Of a DNA stretch of 64,000 nucleotides, positions 1-17,556 are shown one piece after another. Position numbers and translations under genes: made by a program. The notes below the pieces were generated by a model. The model saw only the letters and a list, made by a program, of their open reading frames with translations, ran no database searches and had not been told where the DNA came from. Location: assembly GCF_009914755.1 (NCBI RefSeq), contig NC_060926.1; one strand, 5' to 3'. Position 1 is the stretch's first letter. Each line of letters begins with the position of its first letter. Source of the stretch: the human T2T-CHM13v2.0 reference genome, Homo sapiens.

Positions 1-260
1 CAGGAAGTTTATTGCTGAGAAATTCCAGGAATAACATTTGTGAAGGGTGAGGAAAGCAGGATTGAGCAGAGGGCAGAGTTCATCTGTAATGCAGCTATAA
101 CAGAGGCCTCCGTTGATCCAAAGGGAAGCTCTGGAATTGGGATAGTTTTTCAGAGTTGTCCTGAATTGTCAAGGCATTTGTTCTCCATCAGTCATTGTGT
201 GCGGGCTGCCCTCTGGGAGAAGGACAGAGCAGTTCCTGGCAAGGGGCTTAGCTCTGTGTA
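1..260 (-). mobile_element. ERVL LTR relic (LTR16-like), cut by the window edge
   Basis: Resembles the antisense LTR16 pattern: 'caggaagtttatt...gcaggattgagcagagg...gggaagctctggaattgggat...tcagagttgtcc...cagtcattg...gcgggctgccc'. Recalled consensus, not aligned. Confidence 0.6.
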
Positions 261-3200
261 ATTGGCAACTAACCCTCCTGGCCACTGGAGGTGTCAATCC
301 ATTGCTTTTGCTACAAGTACTTCCTACATGGGTGGTGAAAGAAACAAGACATCAATGACTTTATTGCACTGAATTTTCTTAGCTAAATGAAATGAGTAAT
401 TTAATAATTTAATAGACTACATATCTAATATCAATCATGTCAGGTAAGATTTGTTAAAGGATTGGAAAAACACTGGAATTTCTGCATCATTTTCTGGATA
501 ACATTTATGCCATTATGGGACCTTTGGTATAAGCTCATTTCTTTGGTTAGTCATAGAATTTTCATATCTCATACCTTGTAATTTAATTAATTGGCAATGG
601 CTTTTTATGTGGGACTCTTGCTCACATGGAGTCTAATCAATATTCTCAATTTGCACATGTAGTCTAAGTATAGCTTTAAAATGACTCCAGATCCATGAAC
701 AGTTGAAAGCTTTTGTGATAAAATAACATAAAATATACATAATTATGAACTTAATATTAAAAACCACAAATGCTTCAAATAAATTACTAAAAGAACACCT
801 TTGCAAAGACCCTCTGCTCCAAAGTTTAGTATACAGCAAGAGAAAATTAAGAAAACTGGACTTGATTCTGACAAATGTGTAAGTGTCCAGTAGAAGAAAT
901 AATAGTTATACAAAGGAAGCAAAGCTGGTCCTATCAGGGCTAACACTGGTGCCTTTATGCAAATTACAACAAACGGAAAAATCAGTATCTTCTCTAGGTG
1001 GACTTGCCTCCAGGAATACACTGCTTAGGAAATAACTATTTCTTATTTGTATCAGTTAAGAAAAGGACCCCCCATATTGTAGATTGATGAAGCCCTATCC
1101 TAGGGAGTGTGCTTGGCAAACAGAATGTAGTCTGGATTCCAATCCCTACCTGCTCTTTCAGTTTATGCCTTCATGCAGTGAAAAACTTGTATAACTGCAT
1201 GTTGGCCTTGTAAGCCTTGGGTGCATAACGGGTAGCGAAGGCAGTCATTCAAATAGTATGTCTAGAGATCCCGAAGAACGACATACGAGCCCAACATATG
1301 GCTTGTATAATTCAAGACTGAATCAGTATTAAATTATTAAGATTCACATTAATAATTATTTTTGTTGTTAAGAATTGGTTTTAATATGTTTTTAGCCATT
1401 ACCACTTTAGTTCTAATTAAATTTTCATTTCAATTGACTGAATAAATAATGCTTACAAAAAGTAACGGTTAACTATGGGAGAAGAAAATTCTGGTGCAGG
1501 AAGTAATGACTGGAGCTGCCAGAGCAACTGCTTTGGAGTATATGCGAAGTAGGGACCTAGAAGAGGGCAGCCCTAGAATATTTTGGTGCAAAACATCAGC
1601 CAATAAGGAGCTGTCCTAAAAGTACAGGGAGTAGAGAGTAGTATTGATACTTTTACTTTCTAAAAACAAATCCCTCGTGAAGTCTTAGGAATGATTGTAT
1701 TAGAATCAGTTATACCAATCATGCTAGAATATGTGGAGGAAAAACATAATTGACTTACATAAAGATGCAGCTCAGGGACACCCCTGCAAGATGGAAAAGA
1801 AAGAGAGAGGCATTTCCTTTCTAATTTAGCGCCATGTCACTTTTCCTTAAACATTTCCAATCAATTCATCATACTTATTTAATAACCTTGATCTTGCCAC
1901 TGATTTAAGTACATTTTCTGAGCAGTTTTCTGTCCAGTATTTTTTCAAAACAACAAACAAATATTGGTAAAAAGGTGACAAGATATAGATAATCTTGTTC
2001 AGTGTTTGTAAGGGGCCTTTTTAAACTTTATAATTTTTTGTAAAATTTTTGCCAATTATGCTGTAATGAAATGAAAATAAAAGTAAATAAAGTAAGTGAA
2101 TAAGCAAACGAAGCCACCCAAATGCATACTCAATCAAATTATAAGGAGATTGAAACAAATAAGCTTATCATATCTAAAAGACACAGTTTATATTGGCAAC
2201 TTACTCCAACTTTCATTCATAGGATCCCTAGATTTAGCACTGAAATTGTCTAGGTGACACCCTTCAGATTGTCACATGAGCAAACCTCAATTGATTACTG
2301 ACAAGATAGCATTTTGTAACAATCAAAGAAGGACTCAATACACTATTGATGCCTCATTATTAAACTCAATTTGAAAAGGACTGGTTATTTGGGTTCTAGA
2401 ACCCTTTAAATATTGGAGTACAGTATTAAATATTGAAATACTTTAAATACTAAGAGCATCTCTCTTTATTGCCAACTTGCTAATGACACTTCCATATTTG
2501 AAATTAAAAAAATAGAAGGTTGACTCAAGAGATCTTTGCCAAATGTTTCATCTAGTTTCAATTAGGCTCTTTCTTTAGACTGGATCTATGCCCCATGTAC
2601 CTCCTTTATGCTGAAAGACGTAGATGGAAATCACAGGAGCTCAGTACAGTTAAGGAGTAGGTGGGCAAAAAGTTCATGGGCAGATTTCAGGCTCTGTTTC
2701 AGAACAAAAGACACAGATATGGCCTGAAGGAAGAAAGCAAGGCTCAATGAATGCTCTGAAAACCAATAGATAAAGACTAAATGTCTTGGGAGTTTCATAC
2801 CTCTGTTAGCAGTAGGAAAGAAGTCTGAGAACTAGAAAGTCAAGCAGAGGGGCAAGGGACTCCAAAGTGAGTTAAACATTCACTCAATGCACATTTGCTG
2901 AGTCTAGGAATAAGCGTAACCTGCCTTCAAAGCCTAGGCTAGTGTCTATCATTATCCGTGAGATGCAGGTCAAACATTTAAAATTTTGCATGAGAAGAGG
3001 AGATTGATGGTCTTAAAAAAGGCTTCAAATTTAGTATGTTAAAAATGTAGAACAATAAAGCAATGATTAGAATAAATGACTATAATATTATATAACCAGA
3101 AACATCAAAGTTAAGAATAAATGGTCCCTTCTTGTCCTTCATATAACTTGTACCTAATCTACATTCACTTATACTTGAAAAGTAAGAACACGACGTATTC

Positions 3201-3511
3201 CTGAGACTAGAACTTTGATTGTAACTTTTATCCTAGTTTCTTAGACTTAAACAGTCATTTGGTACCATGTTGCTCTTGTGTAATTTCATGGTGCATATAC
3301 CTTAGCTCCTTAAGTAGCTGATGGTTTTTAAACTCAATATGTAATTGTTTAGGAATTTATAAAGGTTGCATTGCTCATAAAAAAAGCACTTCCACCTTTT
3401 CACTGTATTTTACTGAAGTCTTCATCTTCATTCATAAATATTTAGGTCACACTGGAAGAAAAAAAGGCCCTTGCTTTATAAGTCTATCTTGAGAATCAGT
3501 ACTTCCATTTT

Positions 3512-3700
3512 TTTCATTCATTCATTAAAAATTGATATTATGGACAGCCTATTTGTAATAGATTCTGTTCCTAAACTTTCGGCAATAGAGGGTCATAAGG
3601 AGACAATAGGTATATATGAAGTAAATAGAAAAGAGATGTTAGATTGCACTATATGCTATGAAAGAAATAATGTAATATGATAGAGAGTAAAGAAGAGAGG
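3512..3700 (-). mobile_element. L2 LINE 3' end relic
   Basis: Starts with (ttca)n 'ttcattcattcatt', the antisense L2 tail, followed by degenerate L2-like sequence. Confidence 0.45.
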
Positions 3701-5084
3701 TACTCAGAGAAAAATGAAGAAAAACATGGGAAAAAGATAAAAGTAATAGAAACAACAACAGGGAGAAGAAAGGGAGTTATATGGCAGGTTGAATCACCGA
3801 ATAGTAATTCATCCTGTGACTAGGTGAATGGGGCAGAGAAAGTTCTTAGAGAATAGACAAAGAATGTTTTCATGAAAGAGGCAAATAACCCAAAAGGGGA
3901 GTGCTTCTTACAATGGACTCTCAAGAAGTTCATGCTTATTCTTCTTAAGTTCCAAATATTTGGAATCTATTTACAGCGAATTGCAGTAGGTTACGGGTGG
4001 CTTTCTAGAGGATTGAGACATAAGCACAGAGCCGAGGGTGAGATTTCACTGATATATTACTGAACCTGCCCTAAAGTAACATCATGAATATTTTAGTCAT
4101 CTCCTTGCTCAGTGTGCACAAAACTTCTCTACGATTATTAAAACATTGAGATGCATTCCTATGTCCTTCAATAGTATTCTTATTTGTCACCTCCTTAAGT
4201 TATAGAATAAAATAGAAGAAATATCCAAAATTTAGAGTACATTTATAAAGATGCTGAGACAGGTAAGCATTTATTAAAATTAAAACAAAATGGCAATATC
4301 TTATTCTGTCTTTTTTGTTTAATTGATTTTTATTTAATTGATTGGCATTTTAGCAGCTGTTTTAACACATTATTACAAAGATTATAATAATGCCTTTCAA
4401 CTGAAAATAGTTCTTTGGTAGCTGGGAGTTATAATTTAAACAAGTAATTAATAAATGTTGATTCCCAGAAACATTTTTGTTGCACAATATAAACACGCTC
4501 AAGGAAAGCATAAATACTTCTAATACTAATCCTGAAAAATAATGTATATCCTATTAGAACACAGAAAACAAATAATGTGTAATAAACTAGAATTGAAATT
4601 TTCCTGGTTTAGCTATCAGACTATAGCTAGCCACCGAGAAGGAGCCTCCCTCCTTTGTTGCAACTCTATTCTGGCTTGTGTACACCTATCACATGCAATT
4701 GCCTGATGAGAATTAATTGTAGGTGAAAGAAATGATAGTTCCTTTTAACTGACATACACTGGAATTCAAAGGCAAGGATTCAACACGAAGTAGAGGACAA
4801 TCATCCTTCACCATTACTTCAAAGCCCCAGAGTGCATGGAACTTATACTTACCAACAGGTAAAGCCTCCTGGAATTTTCTCACTTCGTCAGGAGAATCTT
4901 AGTTTATCCCAGAGGTAATCATTTGGTGGTGGTAGCAGAAAAAGAAGAGAGCAGCATGACTAGACTCTTATAAAACCCTATTTTGACAAAGTTAAAAAAT
5001 GTGTAAATGTATAAATACATTTTTTCCTCTTTAAAAGTGATGCTTTGTGTTTTATTAATTATACTATCCATTTGTATGTGTGTG

Positions 5085-5292
5085 CATTCACAATGTGCCA
5101 AACACTGTTTTAAGTATTTTATTTGCAATTTTTATGCAACCTTATTAGTTTGATAGCACTACACTCATTTATACAGATAAGGAAACTATGGCACAGATAA
5201 TTTAAGTCTTTTATCCATGATTTGCTAAGTAGTTAAGTAGTGAAGCTGGGATTCAAGTCCACTAGTCTGATTCTAGAATTTTGACGCTTAAC
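5085..5292 (-). mobile_element. MIR SINE
   Basis: MIR core in antisense: 'tgtgccaaacactgttttaagt...catttatacagataaggaaactatggcacaga...gaagctgggattcaagtcc...agtctgattctaga'. Confidence 0.75.
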
Positions 5293-5568
5293 AGGATAGG
5301 TATACAGCACAGGTAGTTCCCACTTGTTTCTCCATTTCCAAGTAAATCTACTCTGAATACATACCTTTGCCTATTATCTCATTTTATTAACATAAAAGAT
5401 ATTACTAGGCTATATCTAATTTTAATTTCTATTTTAAATTTTTGTATTTTGTAGTGAAATCATTGTCTTGTTATACACAGTAGCATGTAGATTTCCTTTG
5501 CCATTGACATCATTAATGTTTTAAGAAAAAATCCTATAAAGGTCAGAAGACATTAAAAAGTTTCCTAG

Positions 5569-8868
<3,300 letters not shown>

Positions 8869-9480
8869 AAAAAGTTTCCTAGGAGGTTTGGATTATTCTT
8901 TACAAATTTGACCATTGTTATTTTCTTTTGCGATGGCATTGAGGTTATTTCCAACTCTGCAGTGTAGCATGAGTTCAGTAATGGGATATACTGAGTCGTT
9001 CACCCCTAGGCAACTGGTTTAGATACAGCCTGAGGTGGGAGAAGCAGAGAACTCTTTTCGTCTGACAGTTTCTTGTTAGTGTGGGTGAGATGAGTTGGTG
9101 GAGTCATACCAGTTCCTGTAGTCAGATATCCACACTGTAATTGGCACCAGACATTACAATCTCTTCAGTGAGTTCTTGGAGGACAAATAGAATTACCCTC
9201 TCATTAACTCTGAGGAAGCCAACCAGGTGAAGTTTTAATCTCAGAGTGAAAAAGGTACCTACTTGCCTACCCCTGCTATCTAAATTCTATGTACAAATAT
9301 AGCTGCTGAAATTTATTCAAACATGATCATTAAGTTAATGGAAAACCCAGGGATTAAAAATATCAAATTGTTTCAATGTCTTTAAAAAAGGACTGGTTTC
9401 CTCTCTCCCTCTTTTCTTCTTCTTTTTTTCTCTCTCCGTCTCTGTCTCTGTGTCACCACTGTCTCCTTTGTTTCTCTCTT

Positions 9481-9509
9481 ACACACACATGCACACACAC
9501 ACACACACA
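9481..9509. repeat. (CA)n microsatellite, interrupted
   Basis: 'acacacacatgcacacacacacacacaca' seen directly. Confidence 0.9.
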
Positions 9510-12500
9510 AGAAATGTCAAGAGATAATATGCAAAATACAAAACTCTAAATAATGCGTATTTTAAAAATCTAGTCCAATACTAGTAAAGGTCTTTGCATA
9601 ATGCCTTGTATTATTTAAAAAAAAGAGAGATAAAGAGTTAGTATGTATGCTCTTTTACCATATTTTTTCCTCACCAAAATATGTAAACACCTTCCATTTC
9701 ACATGGGCATCTAGAGTCTTTAAATAGACAGCCAGAGGGCTAAGAAAGTGAAACTAGCTGGTTTGGATTTATCTCCTTTTCCTTTGTGTCTTGATAATTT
9801 AAAAGGCAGAGTAATTTCATGCTGGATTATATATTAATCTTCTGAGTGATTTGTTACATGTTCTTTGGTTCTCTAAATACTCACCAGAGACAATTTCAAT
9901 TTGTTTCTCTTTCCTGAAGTTGCCCTGTTACTTAGGCTTTATTTCAAGTTCTTATGTTTGGACAGAGGGTAATGGAAGAACAGGCCACCAAATTATCTTT
10001 ACAAAATGAGACAATTTAAATTTGAGCAGTTACCAAGTTATGACTTACCAATCATTTTTATATATGTTCTCTAGATATACCCCACTTAGTTTGCCTGATG
10101 TAAGAGTCAGGATAGGAGCATTTGAAATATTTCCATTCCCTTCCACTGCAGTGTTTAAAATTATGTCAAACACTGCAATCTAGTCTTACTACAGCAAATA
10201 AGAACATGACAATGGTGTTCCTTCTACCAAAAGTATAATAGATTGTTATTTTGCAAAATTGAGTAGAGACATATTTATGTTTCATATGCATACTGAATCA
10301 AAGAACAAAAGGGATCTTTAGACACCTTCACATTTTGCAGAAGTGAAAATTGAGTACCAGATAGATAAAGTAACTTCTGTAAGATTTTGTTGTTGTTGTT
10401 GTTATTGATATATTTGAAAGTTATCTCCTCAAATAAGATCAGTGCTTTACATTTTATCTCCGTGGCAGAAATCACCTTTCACAGTAACTGTACAATGACA
10501 AGCAGAGTCTATATTCCACAAATACAAAGGTCAGTTCTAATACAGAATTCAACTCAGCCTGTGTGAATTCAATGCCAAATTCCTCTCTTTCTTTGAATAA
10601 TAAATAATATTAACAGTAACACACAAAAACACCATAAGGTATGTGCTTCTTTCTTATTATATAAGGCCCTTTCTAATATAGAAGCAATTGGGTGGAATGT
10701 GTAATGCTATGAAATTAGTCATTCATAGCAAGTAGTCTTGTGGATCTTCCACACAGAATTGATAGATGGCATTAATGTTGTTCTTGCCAAATTCCTCTTC
10801 AAGTTTAAAAGGTGAATTTTCTAACTTTTCATCCTTTTTTAAAACCCTTTCCCAAAGAAGTAAACTTAAAGTTCTTTGGAAGCATAATTTAGTCTTTCCA
10901 GTTTTCTCTAAAAATTTAACAGGAAAAAAATGTGGCACATATATATTATTTATTGAAAGTGCTTACTTTTGAAATGCAGTATATTTGGAAGCACATTTGG
11001 TACATGTTTCATTTAAACAGTTAAATGAAATCATTAATAATTAGCTAAAATATTTGTTCCAATACATTCTTCCATGGGATTCAGGATATCAGCCTGCATA
11101 TCAGTGAAAGTCCTTTTCTCTTGCTCAGTTTGTTTGTGAGATGTTTTGGTTTCTTTTAAGTACATACTTTTTTAAAAAAACTAAATTTGAACAAATACTT
11201 TAAGTCTTATTGTTCTTTCCCTAACTTTAGTTCCACCAATTCTACCATGGAAGTGGAAGTGAAAACTAACTCATTAAAAGAAAAATTCCTTCAGTACTAG
11301 GAATCTGCATCGTACCATATTAAACCTATGCTATCATTGGACAAACATAGCAGCTCATTTAAGACTCACGAAGAGACAATGGAGGTAGAGAGAGGACACT
11401 GTGAAAGTATCACTGCACTGCTCACCTCCCTCCAAATTCCAAATGCAAACTCTGAATTTAAAAGCAGATTAATGAGCCATTAACAGGTTCCACAAGAGTG
11501 TTCTTTCCAAAAGCAATCAATAGTTCCTCCTTTCTTTCCCCCACTATATATACACACACACACACATATATATATAGTTTCTATGTTCTTAGAGATATTT
11601 GTTTGATTAACTCATCGTTACTGCTATGCTGGATAATATGCATTTACTAGGAAATAGCTGAAGCCCTAGCTTTTAAGACAGTAATGAATTATTACAGATA
11701 ATGGAAATTGCATTCAAGCAATAGCACAATAAACAGGTTGTTCTGTGTGGAGTGTTTATTTATTTATTTTTAATTTAATATTCATGGCCAATTCCACATT
11801 GTATCTTTTCTAGACATAGTACTCATTAGCCTTCTGGAGTAGAAAAAGTGTGAACTTTAGAGCGGACTCTCAGGAGAACAGCAATTTGGCTCAGGCCCCA
11901 ATCCAACATTACACAGAGAGTACTGGTGGCTGACAGGATTTCTGTACAAATGGGCTCCTGGAATGCCTCAAACCCTACAGAAATGGCTTTAAATTGTTAA
12001 CATGTTAGGGCTGAACACAATGCCAGAAAATGTGCTTATATTTTCCCAGATGACAAAGACCACTCCATTATAACTAAGTCTGCACCTGTAAACCTGGTTA
12101 TGTTAATCAAAATGCCTGACTTATTGTGTGTGGTTTGTTTTGTTTTGTTTTGTTTTGTTTTACCTGACAAGAGAGTTCCAGACTTGAAGGGAGGGGAATG
12201 TCAGGATCCAGAAGAGGTAAGATGTAAGTGTGTAAAACATAATTTCTGTTTCTTTTCTGTGTTTATCTTCTATTACTACAAGGGCAAATACTGTGTGCAG
12301 TTCTTAAGAATGGTATTGAGCTGAGTGAGGGTTACCAGGAGAGCTGTAGAGCACTTGGGGATATGAAATTAAATGTAGAGGAATTAAAACATTCCCTAGC
12401 ATTAGCTAAATATACCAAATGACAGAATAATATTTGTGAAAGATTAACAAATATTTTTCCTATATCCTTAGTCCACATTTGGATACATAGGAAATTTGTG

Positions 12501-13077
12501 TTTTTACTCACTCTGCATATGTATGTAACAAAATAATGCAGAAAAAAAGGAAGACTCTTCCTTGCTTTTTAGTCTCAAAAGCTAAGGGCTCGCACAAGTT
12601 ATAAATAAAAGATTTGGAAAAAAACCTCATGTCTAAGAGCAAGGCCTTTACCACTTCTTCAACTTGAATAACACAATAACAACAGCAAAAATTCCTTAAG
12701 GATGTTCGAGTAAAGAGTATAATAGGAGTTGAGATGTCAGTAGATCCTGGAAGTCCACATAGGTTCAGAACATGAGGCAGTGCCTGAAGGGAAATAAATA
12801 GAGGAGCAACAGCATAGAAGCCTGGGGCAGATAGGAGGCAGCAGAATGATACATGGAAACTGTCTGCATCAACGTGGACAAAACAAGGGCCAGGTCAAAT
12901 AACTGGAGAAGCAGGGTTCTGATGCCACATTCCTCTAAATGTCCAGACTAACCTGCACTCAATCACATATTTACCTATTGTCTCCTTAAACTATTTGGTC
13001 ATAAATTTGGTTACTCTTAACTGGAGATTGGAGTAACCATCCTCCTGGAGATAATTAGAATTACACAACAACTTCTA

Positions 13078-13774
<697 letters not shown>

Positions 13775-13794
13775 TATGTATACAGAACCCACAC

Positions 13795-14359
13795 TGAAAA
13801 CTTACAGGACATGCCAAAGTCTAGTGGACAACACATAAGGATTAGAAAGGTAAATTAATGCAGGAGTGACTGATACTCAGTGCAGGCAGCTTTGATACTT
13901 TATAATTATAATTGTAATACTTTTCTTGAATTCCATAAATTACCTTAATATATGAGAATATGTTCAAGTAGTCTTTTAAATATTTCTCCTTAGTCACAAT
14001 TACTTACTAATAAAAAAGTGACCATAAAAAACTCTTTTTTTTCTTTGCCTGTCCTTTCATGTCAAGATGTTGCTTGAAAAATTGTGGGATATGCCAAAAT
14101 CTAGCGGACAAAACATAAGGATTTGAAAGGTAAATTAACGCAGGAGTGCTGACACTCACTGTAGGCAGCTTTGATACTTTGCAATTAAAATTGTAACACT
14201 TTTCTTGAATTGAATTCCATAAATTACCTTAATATATGAGAATATGTTCAAGTAGCCTTTTAAATATTCTCTAGTCACAATTACTTATTAATAAAACAGT
14301 GACCATAAAGCACTCTTTTTTTTTTCTTTTTTCCTGTCCTTTCATCTCAAGCTGTTGCC
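13795..14359 (+). repeat. Tandem duplication of ~280 bp non-repeat sequence (2 copies)
   Basis: Copy 1 13795-14074, copy 2 14075-14359. Shared blocks include 'ttccataaattaccttaatatatgagaatatgttcaagtag' and 'cctgtcctttcat'. Confidence 0.95.
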
Positions 14360-16079
14360 TTGTTTTTATCTATTCTAATCTCTTCTGCCCTGGAAAGTTC
14401 TTCTCTAACCACAGCTTTTTGAGCAGACAGGTTAGCAGGGGGATGAAGAATAGGGCTCAGGTGAGAGACAAGAAGCCTGAAGTCTGATTGACCTGCACTT
14501 CATATTTTCTGAGTGCTTATGCTCTGTTGCAGTTCATTCAGTTGTTGGCATTATTTAAGTTGCATCTCAAACACAGTAGAAACAGAAGAGAGATAAAAAA
14601 GAATACATTTACTTTGAAATGTAATAACTAAATTCAGTTTTTATTAGATTTTAGCTTCTGGACAAAAACTTGGTATTCAATGGAAAAGAAGGCATTTGTT
14701 CACTATTAATTGATTATGACCTGCTAACACCACTGGGTCAATTTCACCATCAGATTCTCAAGCTTTGTATAATTTCTGATGGTGAACTGGCTGGTCCCTG
14801 GATGATTTCTGGGCATTTGTCTCCTGAAATGCATCTGCATTTATCTTGGTTTTTCTCTCTTTTTTAAGCACCAGCATTTAGTTCTTTGAAGATTTTTTTT
14901 TTTTATTTCTTATTTTTCAGTGACCTTAGGTTTCTCCCCTGGGTGGGAATATTTTTTTATTTGATTTTTTTTTTCAGATAAATTTTTAAACAATTTCCCT
15001 CCTTTCCAGAGCTTTTTACTTACTTCTCCCTTGCTGTTAACTTCCCTTTAGTTCGGTGGGGATAATGGAGAATAGGAGAGGTCTGGGGCCACTTTCATTG
15101 TTATGGAAGTAAAAAGAAAGAAAACTTGGCTTAGAAAGCAAGTTGTTCTAATGGCAAGGAAAATATTCAAGTTGAAACCTCACAGTATCTGCTTTGCCCT
15201 CCTCCCTACTGGGTTCCAATTAGTTCAAAGAACATTTTTTATTTATTTTTTTTTTTTTGTAGCACTGTTTATAAGGCATCAGGGAAATGATGTTTGCTCT
15301 CTGCCAGTAACAACAATGTTTAAATATACGTGTAACCAGAATGAGCCGGTTTCTACCCCCAGAAAAGGGCTTCTTTGCATGTGCTCTATATAATAATATG
15401 TCTTTAGTGCTGTCATAATTTATTTCATTATTGCTTCATGCATACATACATTGTAATTATCAAAAAAGTTTATGCTGAGAAAGTCACCGATGGCCTTATT
15501 ATTTGCATGCCAGTTCTTTAAAATGCATTTCCATTGCACAATTCATTTTAAAATAAGTTTTTGCACTTTCTTACAGTGAAAAAGGATGAAACTTTCCAAG
15601 TTGCAGGTCCAAGGAAGAAAGTCCAATGATCAAGCATGAGAAACCTATTCTCCTTCCCTTCACTAAGATTTTCCAGGGGCAGAGAACATCTGGAAGGGAT
15701 ACAGTGTCTTGGAAATGCTACTTAAATCTTCATTGCTGAGAGGTTTACTAAAGCAGTGGGGTACACAGTGATAGAACAGGTATCGGCAGTGCTTTTAAAC
15801 AGGTAGTTATGACCTGATGGTTTAATTAAGACTCATACACTTAATTCTACCATACATGACTTGTGGGAATTTATCAAATTTGTTTAGATGTTAATTTTAT
15901 TCAGTAATCCTGTGTGATCCCAAGAAGATAACATACTAAAAGTAAGGGTAGATGCTCTCCAACCAGTTTAAATTAACTCTGTCCATGTTGAAAAAAACAA
16001 AGACTTCCTCTAAAACCTTCATGTAGCCATAAACTTTTGTGAAGGAAACAGTGTATTGAAGGAGTTAAATACAAAGTCA

Positions 16080-16232
16080 TTGGAATCTAATAACCCTCAC
16101 GCTGAAATCCAGCACCACCACCTATTAAAAATGGAAACTTGGACAAGTGGTTTCATCTTTTTTAACTTCAATTTCTGTGGCCACATAGATGCTATCAGGA
16201 TTAAATAAAAGAAAATTAAGTGCATAACACTT
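16080..16232 (+). mobile_element. MIR relic
   Basis: Degenerate MIR: 'tggaatc...gaaatccagcaccaccacctatt...acttggacaagtggtttcatct...cttcaatttc...aggattaaataa'. Confidence 0.5.
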
Positions 16233-17521
16233 TATTTGTATCCATTAAAAGGAAATTATTTTAATTCCTCCTATTATGATTATTCTGATAATGTGTTTTT
16301 TTTTAGTATTATTGTGTGCATCATATAAAATAGTTTTGTTGCCTTGTGTCTTTTTTTGTCCCAGCATTGCTAAAAATAAATAGAGCAGGAACTTGGCAAA
16401 ATCATAACATTAACATAAAATGTTCATCACTTTATATTTTATTGTATTGTATCTTCTATTTTTCAATCACTCCTACCACTACAATACACACATCAAATAT
16501 TATCTAAAATTATTTGCACACGTTTATTTTGTTTAAAAGTGAAGATAAGACCCACTTCCTACTCCCCCACCCATCTCTTTATTCTATGGCTTCTGATTTT
16601 TCTTAATTTCAAAAGCAATCTTTAATTATATGATTAGATAGATGGCCTACACGGTAAGTTTTGGGACCTTACATTCAAAGTGTCTTGGCAATCAAAGACC
16701 CTTTCCTGTTTTCCTGAAAGAATGGAGTGAAAAGGAAAGTATAAACAAAGATAAATTTTTTTCTCACAAATTCTCCACTCTGAAGTACCCTGGCACTCTG
16801 CTCATACAGTTAACAGTGAAAGTGATTGTGTTGGGATTCCCTAATTTTAATACCATGGCTATTTGCTTTCTAGATTAAAGCTAATATTAGTCGGGGAGTG
16901 GTCCAGACATAACTGTGATGAAGATCACTTTTAATGGTTCCCTTCTTTTCTCCTATGAGCAACCCTCTCTATTTACTTCCCACCAACAATTCTGATCCTT
17001 TCCCTGTTCTCAAGGTGCCCAAGCCTCCCACTTAAATGTGCTATTCACCTCTCAGAGTACTTAAAGCCCTAATTTGTCTTTTCTCTTCTCCTGTATCTTA
17101 TGCAATCCAAGAAGGGTACACTCCCTCAGGGATACATTTTAGTTTGTACCAAGGTGGTAATGGATCAATAACTAATATGTCCCCTTTCAAGACAACTTTG
17201 TAATCCTAGCAGTGTCTCTCAGTGAGAATTTCAAATATATGGGAGAAGAATGAAGATCTGGGATACATACTGGGACGATACATACTTTTTAGCAATATTT
17301 ATTTATCCAATAATTTATTTTTCAAATACATCGTAATTGAGCATCTAAGGTTTAGCACTGCCAGTATAACAACAATATAGAATCACTGAACTCAAGCTCT
17401 GGCAATGCAGTGAGCTAATGCTAGAAAGGGAAACAGTTTTTATGTTGATCAAAGAGATCCACAGAGGAGATTTTAGTCAAGCAGAACAATCTAGCCCACT
17501 GAAAAGAATCACCAAAATCTT

Positions 17522-17556
17522 TATATATATATATATGTGTGTGTGTGTGCGCGCGC
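17522..17556. repeat. Compound (TA)n(TG)n(CG)n microsatellite
   Basis: 35 bp of uninterrupted purine-pyrimidine alternation seen directly. Confidence 0.92.

Noticed and set aside
4700-4730. CTGATGA...GAAA hammerhead-like core
   Set aside because: No stem II can form between the motifs and no supporting stems I/III are evident.
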